A DNA stretch of 64,000 nt from Candidatus Dormiibacterota bacterium. Its GTDB lineage: Bacteria; Chloroflexota; Dormibacteria; Aeolococcales; Bog-877. Location: NCBI GenBank assembly GCA_035534915.1, contig DATLQZ010000111.1, positions 90,446 to 154,445 on the forward strand. The letters are read 5' to 3'. Both the position numbers and the translations under genes were made by a program. This document shows positions 1 to 10,622 of this stretch, one piece after another (position 1 is the stretch's first letter; each line of letters starts with the position of its first letter). The notes beneath the pieces were generated by a model, which did not search any database, was not told the DNA's origin, and saw nothing but the letters and a program-made list of their open reading frames with translations.

Positions 1-2
1 GG

Positions 3-311
3 ATCGTGGTCGGCGAAACGGCTGTTATTGGCGACTTTGTGAAGATCTACCAGGGAGTGACTCTGGGGGCGCTGAGCGTTGCGAAGTCCGCGGCCGGCAG
101 CAAGCGCCATCCCACGATCGAAGACAGGGTTGTCATCTACGCCAACGCGACCGTTTTGGGCGGCGACACTGTGGTGGGGCACGACAGTGTCGTTGGTGGC
201 AACGTGTGGCTTACCAGCAGCGTGCCTCCGTATTCTCTCGTCTACCACGCCAGCCAGGTGCGGGTGAGAAGCGTCACTGAAGACCAGGAGCCCGTGGACT
301 TCGTGATCTGA
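3..311 (+). CDS. cysE: serine O-acetyltransferase, C-terminal part (5' end lies outside the window)
   Basis: Hexapeptide left-handed beta-helix repeats ([45 protein letters not shown]) typical of the CysE C-terminus. The frame is open to the window edge. cysK follows 41 nt downstream. Confidence 0.8.
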   Translation: MVVGETAVIGDFVKIYQGVTLGALSVAKSAAGSKRHPTIEDRVVIYANATVLGGDTVVGHDSVVGGNVWLTSSVPPYSLVYHASQVRVRSVTEDQEPVDFVI

Positions 312-352
312 CCAGCGTAATCATCAAGTTAGTAAGCGCGGAGGGACGCACC

Positions 353-1267
353 ATGAGAGCCAACAGCATTCTCGAGACGATCGGCCGCACCCCGGTGGTG
401 AGGGTTAACCACCTGTTCGACCCCCGGGTAGAGGTGTGGTTCAAGCAGGAGAGGGTGAACCCGGGTGGCAGCATCAAAGACCGCATCGCTCTGGCGATGA
501 TCGAGGACGCGGAAAGCCGTGGTATCTTGACCGCTGAATCCGTGATCGTCGAGCCGACCTCCGGAAACACCGGGATCGGACTTGCCCTGGTCGCGGCCGT
601 CAAGGGATACCGGCTCATCCTGGTCATGCCCGAGTCGTTTTCGATTGAGCGGCGCAAGCTGATGGCCGCCTACGGCGCCCAGCTCGACCTCACTCCCCGG
701 GAGCTGGGTATGAAGGGGGCGATCGCCAGGGCTCAGGAGCTAGTGGCAGAAACCGAAGGGGCGTGGATGCCGATGCAGTTCGACAATCTAGCCAACGTGG
801 AGGTCCACCGCCGGACCACCGCCGCGGAGATCGCGGCGGACTTCCCCGACGGCTTGGACTACCTGGTCACCGGGGTGGGCACTGGGGGCCATATTACCGG
901 GTGCGCCGAGGTCCTCAAGCAGCTGTGGCCGGCGCTCAAGGTCTATGCCGTGGAGCCCACCCTGTCGCCGGTCCTATCCGGGGGCCAGCCTGGTCCCCAT
1001 CCAATTCAAGGTATTGGCGCTGGCTTCATTCCGGGTGTGATGAGGACCGAGCTTCTGGATGGAGTGCTGCAGGTCGCACCAGCTGACGCCTTCATGTTCA
1101 CCAGACGCTCTGCGCTTGAGGAGGGGGTTCTGATGGGAGTGTCATCAGGCGCCTCCTTGGCGGCAGTCTCATCGCTGGTCCCCGAGATGGCAGACGGAGC
1201 TCGGGTGCTGACCTTCACCTATGACAGTGGCGAGAGGTATCTCTCGGTTGAAGCGCTGTTCGGCTGA
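353..1267 (+). CDS. cysK: cysteine synthase A (O-acetylserine sulfhydrylase)
   Basis: PLP-enzyme motifs [19 protein letters not shown] and [12 protein letters not shown]. 304 aa. Adjacent to cysE. Confidence 0.95.
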   Translation: MRANSILETIGRTPVVRVNHLFDPRVEVWFKQERVNPGGSIKDRIALAMIEDAESRGILTAESVIVEPTSGNTGIGLALVAAVKGYRLILVMPESFSIERRKLMAAYGAQLDLTPRELGMKGAIARAQELVAETEGAWMPMQFDNLANVEVHRRTTAAEIAADFPDGLDYLVTGVGTGGHITGCAEVLKQLWPALKVYAVEPTLSPVLSGGQPGPHPIQGIGAGFIPGVMRTELLDGVLQVAPADAFMFTRRSALEEGVLMGVSSGASLAAVSSLVPEMADGARVLTFTYDSGERYLSVEALFG

Positions 1268-1291
1268 TGTCGCGATCGCGGCAGCCCACCG

Positions 1292-1310
1292 GGGCAACGA
1301 AGGGTTGCCC
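1292..1310. terminator. GC-rich hairpin between convergent cysK and the GntR gene (possible terminator without a U-tail)
   Basis: gggcaac-gaagg-gttgccc: 7-bp perfect stem with a 5-nt loop, 25 nt after the cysK stop. No T-run follows. Confidence 0.3.
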
Positions 1311-1351
1311 GATGTGGCGGCCCCGCGCCCTCGCAGCCGGGTTTCCGGTCG

Positions 1352-2146
1352 TCAGTCGGACTTGTGTGGGCCGCCAGGCCCGTGTAGGTGATCAACGTGT
1401 CGGCCCCGGTCAGTCGAGGCGGCCTGGCCCGGAAATGCCCCGTGCGGGTCGCTTCCCAGTAGGTGTGAGCGGACGTGCTGTAGATGACTCCGCATCGCCA
1501 TCTGGGCCTTGGCGGGGTCGCGCTCCGTCAGCGCCTTCACCACGGCCCGATGGTCACTCCGATAGAGCTCGCGGCGCTCCTCGGTCGAGTTGCGGTGCTT
1601 GAGCCCGCCCCACACCGGTTGGGTCCTAGCGTCAGCGATCATCTCGCCAATCCGGATCAGAAAGCTGTTGTGTGTGGCAATGACCAAGCTACGGTGGAGC
1701 GCCGTGTCCCACGCCTCCCACTCGAGGTAGTCACTGGCGGAATCCCCTCCACGCAGGCACCGTTCCATCTCCGCAAAGTCGGCACCGGTCGCGGCCATGA
1801 CCGCCAATGGCAGCATCTCAGGCTCGAATAACGCTCGGACCGTCATGATCTCGATGGGGCTGGTCTCCAACCCACCATCGGACTCTCGGGGGGCGTACCC
1901 GGAGGACGGCTTCATGAACGTCCCTCGGCCAACCTGGCGGACCAGGCGCCCTTCTGCCTCCATGTAGCCAAGAGCGCGTCTAACAGCGGTCCTGCCCACG
2001 CCAGTGATTTCGACCAGCTCGCGCTCGGTGGGTAGCCGCGAACCCGGACCCAACCCGCGCTCCGCGATGGCGCGCTCGATGGCGTCAGAGACGATTTCTA
2101 CGCTTCCCAATCCAGACAGCATGGAGTTGCTTACGGATCCTACCAC
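1352..2146 (-). CDS. GntR/FadR-family transcriptional regulator (wHTH plus FCD-type C-terminal domain)
   Basis: N-terminal GntR HTH (RLPTERELVEITGVGRTAVRRALGYMEAEGRLVRQVGRGTFM) and a helical C-terminal domain with conserved His residues. The true start may be the internal Met at about 2122. Confidence 0.85.
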   Translation of the reverse strand: MVGSVSNSMLSGLGSVEIVSDAIERAIAERGLGPGSRLPTERELVEITGVGRTAVRRALGYMEAEGRLVRQVGRGTFMKPSSGYAPRESDGGLETSPIEIMTVRALFEPEMLPLAVMAATGADFAEMERCLRGGDSASDYLEWEAWDTALHRSLVIATHNSFLIRIGEMIADARTQPVWGGLKHRNSTEERRELYRSDHRAVVKALTERDPAKAQMAMRSHLQHVRSHLLGSDPHGAFPGQAASTDRGRHVDHLHGPGGPHKSD

Positions 2147-2311
2147 TGTAGTGGGGTCGATTGGTAGTCTTGGTTAGCGCCGAGAGACGATTGGTGTCGT
2201 CCCTGTGGGAAGCCGCTTGACAAGTGACCGGTGCCCCCTTAGGATGACCCCGATCATGACCAAACGGACCAAAGCCCTTAGTTGTAACCGATTGGTCGCA
2301 TTGGTTCGGCA

Positions 2312-3220
2312 ATGAAGATAGTCCGTTACCGCACCGATCGAGACGCTGCTCTCGGGGTTCTGCGGGAGGATGGTCGGTCCGTGACCGGTATAGACGCGGC
2401 GCTGGGAATTGAGACCGGAGGGGAGATCTGTCAGTTGCTGGATCAATGGCAGCCAGGATTCCGTGCGCGGCTCGAGGGCAACGACGCTGAAGAGGTTGTC
2501 CCGGCCGGGGAGCTGGAGCTTCTGGCGCCGTGCGCTCCACTTCGACGCAACGTGTTCTGCGTGGGGAAGAACTACCGGGAGCACGCTTTGGAGTTTGAGC
2601 GGAGCGGATTTGACGCCAGCGACTCCGGGCGGACCCAGGCTGCTCCGGGCGCTGAGCTCCCAGTGATCTTCACCAAGGCCACGACCTCGGTGGTGGGGCC
2701 AGGGGAGGGAATCTGTGCCCACACCGCGTTGACCCAGGCGCTGGACTACGAGGCGGAGCTGGCGGTCGTGATTGGTACCGGAGGCCGGGGGATTACCAGA
2801 GAGGCGGCCTGGCAGCATGTTTTCGGCTACACCATCCTGAACGACATCACCGCCCGCGATCTGCAGCAGGGGCACAAACAGTGGTTTATCGGAAAGTCGC
2901 TGGATACCTTTTGCCCCCTGGGGCCTTGGCTCGTGACGGCAGACGAGATTCAGCCCCAGAACCTTGCCATCCGGTCGTGGGTTAACGGCGAGGTGCGTCA
3001 GGACGCGAACACCAGCGACCTGATCTTTGATATTCCGACCCTCATCGCCACGATCTCGGCCGGCATCACCCTGCTGCCTGGGGACGTAATCGCCACGGGG
3101 ACTCCGAGTGGCGTGGGGTTGGGCTTCGACCCGCCTCGCTTCCTCAAGCCGGGCGACGTAGTGACGGTAGAGATCGAGGGTTTGGGTCGGCTGACGAATC
3201 CGGTGGTCGTTCAGTCGTGA
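2312..3220 (+). CDS. fumarylacetoacetate hydrolase (FAH) family protein
   Basis: FAH-family motifs FCVGKNYREHA, DYEAELAVVIG, LNDITARDLQ and KQWFIGKSLDTFCPLGPW. Confidence 0.9.
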   Translation: MKIVRYRTDRDAALGVLREDGRSVTGIDAALGIETGGEICQLLDQWQPGFRARLEGNDAEEVVPAGELELLAPCAPLRRNVFCVGKNYREHALEFERSGFDASDSGRTQAAPGAELPVIFTKATTSVVGPGEGICAHTALTQALDYEAELAVVIGTGGRGITREAAWQHVFGYTILNDITARDLQQGHKQWFIGKSLDTFCPLGPWLVTADEIQPQNLAIRSWVNGEVRQDANTSDLIFDIPTLIATISAGITLLPGDVIATGTPSGVGLGFDPPRFLKPGDVVTVEIEGLGRLTNPVVVQS

Positions 3221-3389
3221 CTTGCCGTCGCCGATACGCCCCGGCGGCAGAGACTTCAAAGAGCTACGAATCAGCTTTCGCGGCGATGCCGGGAAGGCGG
3301 CGGCCTGCTCGGGCACACAGCGGCCTCAGCACGAGGAGGCACCCTGCCTCTCGTGCTCTTTAGCGATGACAGAGTTAGGAGGAAGACAG

Positions 3390-4685
3390 ATGACCACGCG
3401 CAAGCTGACGATGCTGGGCGCTCTAGCCGCACTCAGCGCCCTGGTGGCAGCCTGCGGCTCGACGACCACATCATCTAGCAAGGGGCCCCTCGTGGTTGGT
3501 GGGGTGATCGCCATCACCGGCACCAGCAGCTTCGAGGGGTCGAACCAGTCCGAGGGGCTGTTGCCGGCGATTTATGAGATCAACCACAACGGCGGCGTCA
3601 TGGGACACCAGCTGGCCTACAAGGGGGTGGACACGAGGGGCGACCCGGCCGATGCCCTGCCCGCGGTGCAGCAGATGCTCGCCACTACCAGCAACTTGGT
3701 GGCCGTGGCAGGTCCCGGGACGGCCTCCGCGCCGACGATCGTGCCCGTGCTGAACTCAGCGCACATTCCGATGATGGCCGTGGCCGGGGAGTCCGCGTAC
3801 AACCGCAGCCCATACAGCTACTTCTGGCGGCTCTTCCCGCCGGACTCGGCCAACGGCACCGCCATGGCGCTTTGGGCCAAGCAAAAGGGATACACTCGCG
3901 TGGCAGCCGTGTTCGGCTCGGACGCTGGCTCGCAGGGCGACCTCCCTGGCGTGCTGGCCAGCCTGCAGGCTCTTCACGTGAACGTCGTTGCCAACATCTC
4001 ACTCACTCCGGACCAGAGCTCGTACCAATCGTCGGTCAACCAGCTGATCGCCGCTCACCCGGACGTGATCATGACCGAGTCTGACGCCGGCACTGCCGGC
4101 ACTTTCTTCGGCGAGCTGAAGTCCTTGGGTGGCCTGGTTCCGATCATCGGGACAGAGGCGACCTACACCACGCCGTGGTTGACAGCAGTCCAGGGCGCTC
4201 TGGGCGGCAGCGACTTCCACAATTACTTCAGCGCCATGATCGCTGCTCCTTCGAAGGTCACCGCCGCGGTCACCGCTTGGAACAACGCGGTGAAGGATGA
4301 TCACGCCCAGCTGCCGGTGTCAGTGCAGTCGGCGCAGAACAATCCGTTTGCTGTCACCTACTACGACGGCATGATCGCCACGGCGCTTGCCATGGTGGCT
4401 GCGAAAAGCACCAACCCGGTCGACTTCAACAGCTACATCGCCAAGGTGTGCAACCCGGGCTCGGGCAAGACCGTCGTTTACACCTTTGCCCAGGGTGTCA
4501 AGGCCCTCAATGCGGGCAAGCAGATCCAGTACTTCGGCGCCACCGGGCTCATCAACTTCGACAAGTACCACAACTCCTACGGCAACCAGGAGGCCGTCAC
4601 CAGTTCTGCCTCGGGCAACACGATCTCGCTGGGACAGATCACCGTGGCCGCCATCCAGGCGGTGGTGGTAAAGGGGGTCGCCTAA
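3390..4685 (+). CDS. ABC transporter substrate-binding lipoprotein (LivJ / branched-chain amino-acid-type, Peripla_BP_6-like)
   Basis: Start chosen at the internal ATG preceded by aggagg. It gives the lipoprotein signal MTTRKLTMLGALAALSALVAACGS. Sits in an operon with Liv-type permeases and ATPases. Confidence 0.88.
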   Translation: MTTRKLTMLGALAALSALVAACGSTTTSSSKGPLVVGGVIAITGTSSFEGSNQSEGLLPAIYEINHNGGVMGHQLAYKGVDTRGDPADALPAVQQMLATTSNLVAVAGPGTASAPTIVPVLNSAHIPMMAVAGESAYNRSPYSYFWRLFPPDSANGTAMALWAKQKGYTRVAAVFGSDAGSQGDLPGVLASLQALHVNVVANISLTPDQSSYQSSVNQLIAAHPDVIMTESDAGTAGTFFGELKSLGGLVPIIGTEATYTTPWLTAVQGALGGSDFHNYFSAMIAAPSKVTAAVTAWNNAVKDDHAQLPVSVQSAQNNPFAVTYYDGMIATALAMVAAKSTNPVDFNSYIAKVCNPGSGKTVVYTFAQGVKALNAGKQIQYFGATGLINFDKYHNSYGNQEAVTSSASGNTISLGQITVAAIQAVVVKGVA

Positions 4686-4686
4686 C

Positions 4687-5574
4687 TTGCTCTCCCAGCT
4701 GCTCGCGTCCGCAGCGGACGGGATCGTATTGGCGGCGATCATCGCTGTGGCAGCGATGGGATTCACCCTCCAATTCGGGTTGACCAATGTGCTCAATTTG
4801 AGCTTTGGATCGGTGATGACCATCGGGGGCTTCACGGCCTATCTCGCCAACGTGGCGGGACTGAGCGCGTGGCTGGGAATGCTCCTGGGCGGGGTGGCGG
4901 GCGGGCTCGCCACCATCGCCCTGGGGCGCGGGGTGTTGCGCCTCTACGCACGTCGGCGGACTCAGCTCTTCGAAATGATGATGGTGACCCTGGGGATGTC
5001 CTTGGTCATTGATTACGGACTGCAGTCGATCTCGCAGAATGCGATTTACGGATACACTGTCCTGCAGGCGTCGCCCGTCCGGCTGGGGCCGATAGTACTG
5101 ACCCCAATCCAACTATTCATCGTTGGCTTGGCGATTGTGATCTTGGTGGTCGTTGAGGCCGCGCTGAAGTTCACCAAATTGGGGAAGGCTCTGCGCGCCA
5201 CTGCCGTGGAACCCAGCCTGGCGCGCTCATGCGGAATCCAGACCGGCCGGGTGGTTCTCATCACCTGGACCATCAGCGGATTTCTCTGTGGGCTGGCTGG
5301 GGTTGTCTACATCATCAGCACTCAGAGCGTGGCTTACTCCACCGGGGAGCTCTTCTTGCCGCTGATCATCGCGGCCGCGATCCTCGGCGGGGTCGGCTCA
5401 CTCCGAGGCGCTGTCGTGGCAGCCGTGGTGATGGGGGTAGTCACCGAAGTGGTGGCGGGCTTCGGTGGTGCCGCTTACAGCACCGTGGCGGGCTTCGCAA
5501 TCTTGGTGGTCGTGCTGCTGCTGCGGCCGGGAAGCGTATCGGGAGGTGCCGAGGATCGGCAGTTGGTGCTTTGA
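4687..5574 (+). CDS. branched-chain amino-acid-type ABC permease (LivH-like)
   Basis: Polytopic membrane protein with LivH-like organisation. Begins 2 nt after the SBP stop. Confidence 0.88.
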   Translation: MLSQLLASAADGIVLAAIIAVAAMGFTLQFGLTNVLNLSFGSVMTIGGFTAYLANVAGLSAWLGMLLGGVAGGLATIALGRGVLRLYARRRTQLFEMMMVTLGMSLVIDYGLQSISQNAIYGYTVLQASPVRLGPIVLTPIQLFIVGLAIVILVVVEAALKFTKLGKALRATAVEPSLARSCGIQTGRVVLITWTISGFLCGLAGVVYIISTQSVAYSTGELFLPLIIAAAILGGVGSLRGAVVAAVVMGVVTEVVAGFGGAAYSTVAGFAILVVVLLLRPGSVSGGAEDRQLVL

Positions 5575-5662
5575 CAGAGCCACTTGCAAGTCGTCGGGCA
5601 AGCGATCAGTGTCGCGTGCTGGCACCGCTGCCGAGATACCGCCGCCACGAGGGGGATGTGAA

Positions 5663-6664
5663 GTGAGCGTATGGGTCTTCTACATATCGACATTAGTCAT
5701 CTACTTCGGCGTCGACCTGCTAGCCGGGATCGCGCTCAATTTGCAGTTCGGTTATGCCGGAGTCGTGAACTTTGGCTTCATCGTATTCCAAGCCGCCGGA
5801 GCCTACGTAGCCGCTGTAGTCGTGCTCGGTCCGAGCGGTGGGGTGGCCTCCTTCCAGCAGTACATTCTCGGCTCCAGGCTGCCGTTCCCCTTAGACCTGG
5901 TGGCGGCCGCTGTCGCAGGGGCGGTGGTATCCCTGGTAATTGGTCTGTTCAGCCTGCGCCGGATGCGGCGGGACTACCAAGCTGCGGTCCTGCTGATCGT
6001 TTCGCTGATCGCCATCCAGGTGGTGTCGGCTGACGTTCCGCTCTTCAACGGCTCCAATGGGCTGACCGGGGTTGCCTGGCCCCTCGGACAGATTCTGGGC
6101 GTCACGGCGACCGGCGCTCCGTTGATCTACGCGGCATGGACCCTGGTCATCGCGGCGATCGTATTCGTCGCCGTCTACTGGCTCTCCAAATCCCCTTGGG
6201 GCAGATCCCTCAGAGCTATGCGGGACCATGAGGACGCGGCCTCGGCGATGGGCCTCAACATCACCGCTTTGCGACTCCAGGTTTTCGTGCTCGGTGGGGC
6301 CATCGCGGGGCTCAGTGGCGGCCTACTGGTGGAGTACATCGGCGCCTGGTCTCCGGGGGCGTGGGGCTACGCGGAGACCTTTGTCATCTTCACTGCGATC
6401 TTCGTGGGCGGGGTGGGTAACTACCGCGGCGTGATCATAGGGGTCCTGCTCGTCCCCGTAATCTTCCTGGAACTGCCGAGATTTCTACCTGCGGTCGGCT
6501 ATCCGGGGCTGATCGACTCGTTGCAATGGGTGACGATCGGGCTCGCCTGGATGCTGTGCCTCCTCTTCCGGCCGCGAGGCATCCTCCCGGAGAAGCGAAT
6601 GAAGGTGACTAAGCCGGGGGGCGCGTCTGTATCGGCATCGGCTCCAGCCGAGGGTGGCGCCTAA
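5663..6664 (+). CDS. branched-chain amino-acid-type ABC permease (LivM-like)
   Basis: The hydrophobic LivM-like sequence begins at the GTG (VSVWVFYISTLVIYFG). The upstream part of the tracked ORF is Arg/Cys-rich and non-membrane. Confidence 0.85.
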   Translation: MSVWVFYISTLVIYFGVDLLAGIALNLQFGYAGVVNFGFIVFQAAGAYVAAVVVLGPSGGVASFQQYILGSRLPFPLDLVAAAVAGAVVSLVIGLFSLRRMRRDYQAAVLLIVSLIAIQVVSADVPLFNGSNGLTGVAWPLGQILGVTATGAPLIYAAWTLVIAAIVFVAVYWLSKSPWGRSLRAMRDHEDAASAMGLNITALRLQVFVLGGAIAGLSGGLLVEYIGAWSPGAWGYAETFVIFTAIFVGGVGNYRGVIIGVLLVPVIFLELPRFLPAVGYPGLIDSLQWVTIGLAWMLCLLFRPRGILPEKRMKVTKPGGASVSASAPAEGGA

Positions 6665-7516
6665 ATGTCGAATACAGGGGAGCAACTGGCCACTTCAGAC
6701 GGGTCCCAGTCGCCGATCGTAGGTGCGGGTAGTGGGCTTGCGCCAGCGAGCAGCTCCGACACCGGTCCGGTTTTGGTCGCCCGAGATGTGGTGGTCAGCT
6801 ATGGAGGCGTTCACGCGGTGGACAAGGTCTCGATCAGCGTCGCGCGCGGGGAGATCGTGGGGATCATCGGTCCTAATGGAGCCGGCAAGTCATCCTTCTT
6901 GGGGGCGTTGGGGGGCCAGGTCAAACGGAGTGGTGGCGAGATCAGTCTGCAGGGCCGGGACATCGGCTCGCTCCTGCCTCACCAGCGCGCCCGCTTGGGG
7001 CTGGCCCGTACCTTCCAGACCACAAGCGAGTTTGCCAAGATGACCGTCTTCGAGAATCTGGTCACCTCCGGAGAGGGTGACTCTGGGGCGTCGCTAAAGG
7101 CCGTCGTGCTTCATCCGCGACAGACGGCGCAGCGCGAGCGTGAGATGACGAATCGGGCCTGGGGCATTCTCCAGCGGTTCGAGATGGAGCACACGGTGAA
7201 TCTTTATGGAAGGGAGTTGAGTGGTGGCCAGCGCCGCTTGGTCGAGATCATGCGCTGCCTGATGAGGCACCCAGCCGTGCTTCTTTTGGATGAGCCCATG
7301 GTCGGCGTGGCACCGCACCTGACCGGCAAGCTTATCGAGGACCTTCGTGCCATCAGACGGGACGGCCTTGGCATCGTCATCGTCGAGCATGCTCTGGAGG
7401 TGGTCCGGCAACTCTGCGATCGGGTTGTGGTGATGGCTTTTGGGAAGGTGATCGCGCAGGGCAGTTTCGAGGAGGTGGTCCAGGATGCTTCCGTCCAGGC
7501 CGCCTACCTCTCCTAG
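6665..7516 (+). CDS. ABC transporter ATP-binding protein (LivG-like)
   Basis: Walker A GPNGAGKSS, signature LSGGQRRLVEI and Walker B LLLDEP. The ATG directly abuts the TAA of the preceding permease. Confidence 0.9.
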   Translation: MSNTGEQLATSDGSQSPIVGAGSGLAPASSSDTGPVLVARDVVVSYGGVHAVDKVSISVARGEIVGIIGPNGAGKSSFLGALGGQVKRSGGEISLQGRDIGSLLPHQRARLGLARTFQTTSEFAKMTVFENLVTSGEGDSGASLKAVVLHPRQTAQREREMTNRAWGILQRFEMEHTVNLYGRELSGGQRRLVEIMRCLMRHPAVLLLDEPMVGVAPHLTGKLIEDLRAIRRDGLGIVIVEHALEVVRQLCDRVVVMAFGKVIAQGSFEEVVQDASVQAAYLS

Positions 7517-7548
7517 GTGGTGAGTCGTGGCCGCCGGGCAAGGGGGGC

Positions 7549-8313
7549 TTGACCGTGACCGACCGTGAGGAACCTTTTCTGATCGCCACCGGCCTGACCG
7601 CCGGCTACAGCCAGGTACCGGTTGTGCGTGGGGTGTCACTTCAGGTCGGCCTGGGCGAGATCGTGGTAGTGGTCGGCCCCAACGGTGCCGGCAAGAGCAC
7701 TCTGGTTAAGTCCATCACGGGGGAGCTGGAACTGCTCGAAGGCGGTCTTCAGCTGGGTGGAATCGACATCAGCACGCTCCGAGAGGATGACCGGATGGGC
7801 CGAGGTATGGGGTATGTCCCTCAGCTGCGCGACGTGTTTCCGACGCTGACTGTCATGGAGAACCTGGAGATGGGCGGGTTCCGGCTCAACAAACAGCAGA
7901 CTACTGATCGTGTGGCAGCGGTTATGGAGACCTTCCCCGCCCTGGCGCCTCTCACCAAGCGAATTGCCCGGAGCATGAGTGGTGGCGAGCAGAAGATGCT
8001 TGGGATCGGCCGGGCCCTGATGGCGGATCCCAAGTTCCTAATTCTCGACGAGCCGACTGCAAACCTGGCCCCTCAAGTGGCGAACCATGTGCTTCGGGAT
8101 ATCGTCGCCTCCCTGGCGAAGGAGGGAAGGGCGGTCCTGCTCATCGAGCAGCGGGTGGCGCTGGCGTTGGAGGTGGCCAGTTGGGGCTATGTCCTTACCG
8201 ATGGACAGGTGCGTTTGGAGCGCAGCGCCCCCGAGCTAGCTGCCATGAGTGACCTAGGGAGTCTGTTTCTCGGTATGTCGACCGCCACCAGTCCGGCCCC
8301 TCAGGCGCACTAG
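7549..8313 (+). CDS. ABC transporter ATP-binding protein (LivF-like)
   Basis: Walker A GPNGAGKST, signature MSGGEQKMLGI and Walker B LILDEP. Confidence 0.9.
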   Translation: MTVTDREEPFLIATGLTAGYSQVPVVRGVSLQVGLGEIVVVVGPNGAGKSTLVKSITGELELLEGGLQLGGIDISTLREDDRMGRGMGYVPQLRDVFPTLTVMENLEMGGFRLNKQQTTDRVAAVMETFPALAPLTKRIARSMSGGEQKMLGIGRALMADPKFLILDEPTANLAPQVANHVLRDIVASLAKEGRAVLLIEQRVALALEVASWGYVLTDGQVRLERSAPELAAMSDLGSLFLGMSTATSPAPQAH

Positions 8314-8315
8314 CC

Positions 8316-9821
8316 TTGTCGACCAAGGGAGCCATCGATCACGGTCTCCTCATCGATGGCGGGTCGGTTGGGGGGCACGACGCCCCGCTGGATGTCGTCA
8401 ACCCCGCGACGGGAAGCCGCATTGCCCGGGTCCAATGCGCCGACGCTGAGGACATTGACCAGGCCGTGCGGTCTGCTCGCCGCGCCTTCGAGTCCGGTGT
8501 GTGGAGCCGGATGCCCATTCACTCGCGGGCCCTGGTTCTGCAGCGGTTCGCCTCCTCTATTGAGGAGCACTTGGGCGATCTATATCAGTTGGAGACCAGC
8601 AACAACGGTCGCCCCCTGACGGAGACCAGAGCTCAGATCTCTAGGCTCCCGGAATGGTACCGCTACAACGCGGCCCTGCTCCTGGCCGACCGCACCTCGG
8701 TGGTACCGATGGTGGGGCCCTACCACTCCTACCTGCAGCGATTCCCCGTCGGTGTGGCGGCCATACTATCGTCCTTTAACCATCCGCTCATGATCGCCTC
8801 GAAGAGCCTGGCCCCCGCGCTGGCGACCGGTAACTCGGTGGTGCTTAAGCCATCGGAGCGGACCCCGCTGACGGCCCTCCTCTTGGGCCGACTCGCGCTG
8901 GAGGCGGGAGTTCCTCCTGGGGTACTCAACGTCACTCCCGGGAGAGGACAGCCGGCTGGGACGGCGCTGACTGAGCATTCCATGGTGGCCAAGATCTCCT
9001 TCACAGGCGGCACCATCGTCGGGCGCAAGGTGGCGGTTGCGGCTGCGAGCCGGTTCGCCAAGTGCACAGTAGAGCTGGGTGGAAAGACACCGGTGATCGT
9101 CTTCGACGACACCCCGGTGGAGATCGCCGCGCGCGGGGCGGCTTTCGGAGCCTTCATCGGGGCGGGTCAGACCTGCATTGCGGGGAGTCGCTTTCTGGTG
9201 CAGCGGTCAATGTACGACGATTTCGTCGCGGCGTTCGCCCAGGTGGCGCAGGCGATTCGCGTTGGAGATCCAGCGGCGGCGTCCACCCAGCTAGGCCCAG
9301 TGATCTGTGCCGAGGCCCGCGATCGGATCCTGGAGTACGTGGCTCTTGGGCAGCAGGAGGGGTGTCGGCTGGTGGCCGGGGGTGGCGTTGCTTCGGTCGC
9401 TGGGTGTGAGGGTGGATTCTTCGTTCAACCGACCGTCCTGGCCGACGCCGACAACGCCATGCGTGTCGCCCGCGAGGAGATTTTCGGCCCCGTTGCCGTC
9501 GTCATGAGTTTCGACAGTGAGGAGGAGGCACTTCGAATGGCCAATGACTCCCAATACGGTTTGGGTTCGGCCGTCTGGACTAAGGACGTGGCCCGGGCTC
9601 ACAGGGTGGCATCTCAACTGGAGTTCGGGCTGGTGTGGGTCAATGACCACCATCGGCTCGACCCATCCTCCCCATGGGGGGGGGTCCGGGATAGTGGGAC
9701 CGGAAGAGAGGGGGGATGGGAATCCTTCCACGACTTCACGAATCTGCGTTCGGTCACCATCCGGACCGCGTCCGAAGCTGTGGACTGGTACGGCAGCGTT
9801 GGTACGGAGCGGCTCAACTGA
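8316..9821 (+). CDS. NAD(P)-dependent aldehyde dehydrogenase
   Basis: ALDH motifs VELGGKTP and the catalytic Cys region GQTCIAGSR, plus EEIFGPV. 501 aa. Confidence 0.9.
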   Translation: MSTKGAIDHGLLIDGGSVGGHDAPLDVVNPATGSRIARVQCADAEDIDQAVRSARRAFESGVWSRMPIHSRALVLQRFASSIEEHLGDLYQLETSNNGRPLTETRAQISRLPEWYRYNAALLLADRTSVVPMVGPYHSYLQRFPVGVAAILSSFNHPLMIASKSLAPALATGNSVVLKPSERTPLTALLLGRLALEAGVPPGVLNVTPGRGQPAGTALTEHSMVAKISFTGGTIVGRKVAVAAASRFAKCTVELGGKTPVIVFDDTPVEIAARGAAFGAFIGAGQTCIAGSRFLVQRSMYDDFVAAFAQVAQAIRVGDPAAASTQLGPVICAEARDRILEYVALGQQEGCRLVAGGGVASVAGCEGGFFVQPTVLADADNAMRVAREEIFGPVAVVMSFDSEEEALRMANDSQYGLGSAVWTKDVARAHRVASQLEFGLVWVNDHHRLDPSSPWGGVRDSGTGREGGWESFHDFTNLRSVTIRTASEAVDWYGSVGTERLN

Positions 9822-10522
9822 TGGCGGGTGGACTCGAGATTCGACAGGACGACGAGGTGGTGGTGGTCACGCTGGATCGGCCGCCGGACAATGCGTTCAC
9901 AGTTGACATGTGCCGGACTTTGTCGGAGCTTCTCGAGAGCCCGCCGGCTGGCGCCCGTCTGATCAGGCTGCGCGGAAGCCATGGGGTCTTCTGCCGGGGA
10001 CGAGACCGCAGTGCGAATGGGACTGAGGCTGCCCTGGCAACCGTCGACGCCCTCGCCAGCGCCACCAGGGGACTTTCGGAGACCTCTCTGGTAACAGTGG
10101 CGGAGGTCGATGGCGACGCTGCTGGTTTTGGGGTGGGCCTGGTCGCCCAGTGCGACGTCTCGGTGGCTACTAGCGGTTCACGATTCTGGTTTCCGGAGGT
10201 AACTCACGGACTAGCCCCTGCGTTGGTGCTCAGCTGGCTGCCACGGGTAGTTGGTAGGAGAGATGCCTTCTGGCTGACCGCGACCGGCGGGCAGTTGATG
10301 GCTGTCGATGCTCAACGAATCGGGCTCCTTAATTTTGTCGAGGCAAGCGATGGGCTGGCGACTCGCGTCAATGCCGTGATCGCGTCCCTTCTTCAGTACT
10401 CGGCGGAGGTGCATGCAGAGATCAAACGCGACCTGCGGGACTTCGACGAGGTGGGTCAGGCAGCCGCATACCGCATGGCTCGAGACCGTCTGCTATTGGC
10501 TTCCGTCACAGATGGAACCTAG
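9821..10522 (+). CDS. enoyl-CoA hydratase/isomerase (crotonase) family protein
   Basis: Start at the ATG overlapping the ALDH stop (TGATG). Crotonase N-terminus VVVVTLDRPPDNAF and the oxyanion-hole region AAGFGVGL. Confidence 0.8.
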   Translation: MAGGLEIRQDDEVVVVTLDRPPDNAFTVDMCRTLSELLESPPAGARLIRLRGSHGVFCRGRDRSANGTEAALATVDALASATRGLSETSLVTVAEVDGDAAGFGVGLVAQCDVSVATSGSRFWFPEVTHGLAPALVLSWLPRVVGRRDAFWLTATGGQLMAVDAQRIGLLNFVEASDGLATRVNAVIASLLQYSAEVHAEIKRDLRDFDEVGQAAAYRMARDRLLLASVTDGT

Positions 10523-10537
10523 CTCCGCGCTGCGGAG
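10523..10537 (+). terminator. short hairpin immediately after the crotonase stop
   Basis: ctccgc-gct-gcggag followed by aatat. The 6-bp stem with a 3-nt loop is weak. Confidence 0.25.
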
Positions 10538-10622
10538 AATATGCGCGGCTAGGTGAAGTGGCACTACCGAAGCAGACAGGTCCCCAAGCTGGACTCATCG
10601 AGTAGAACCGAAGAGGACAGAA

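Noticed and set aside
2174-3316. 380-aa ORF antisense to the FAH gene. Similar long antisense or shadow ORFs occur at 22054..22737, 37939..38946, 44122..45045, 49939..50931 and 55742..56689.
   Set aside because: All are Arg/Pro/Gly/Ser-rich with no recognisable motifs. Each lies opposite a gene with clear family signatures. This is the typical open-frame artefact of high-GC DNA.
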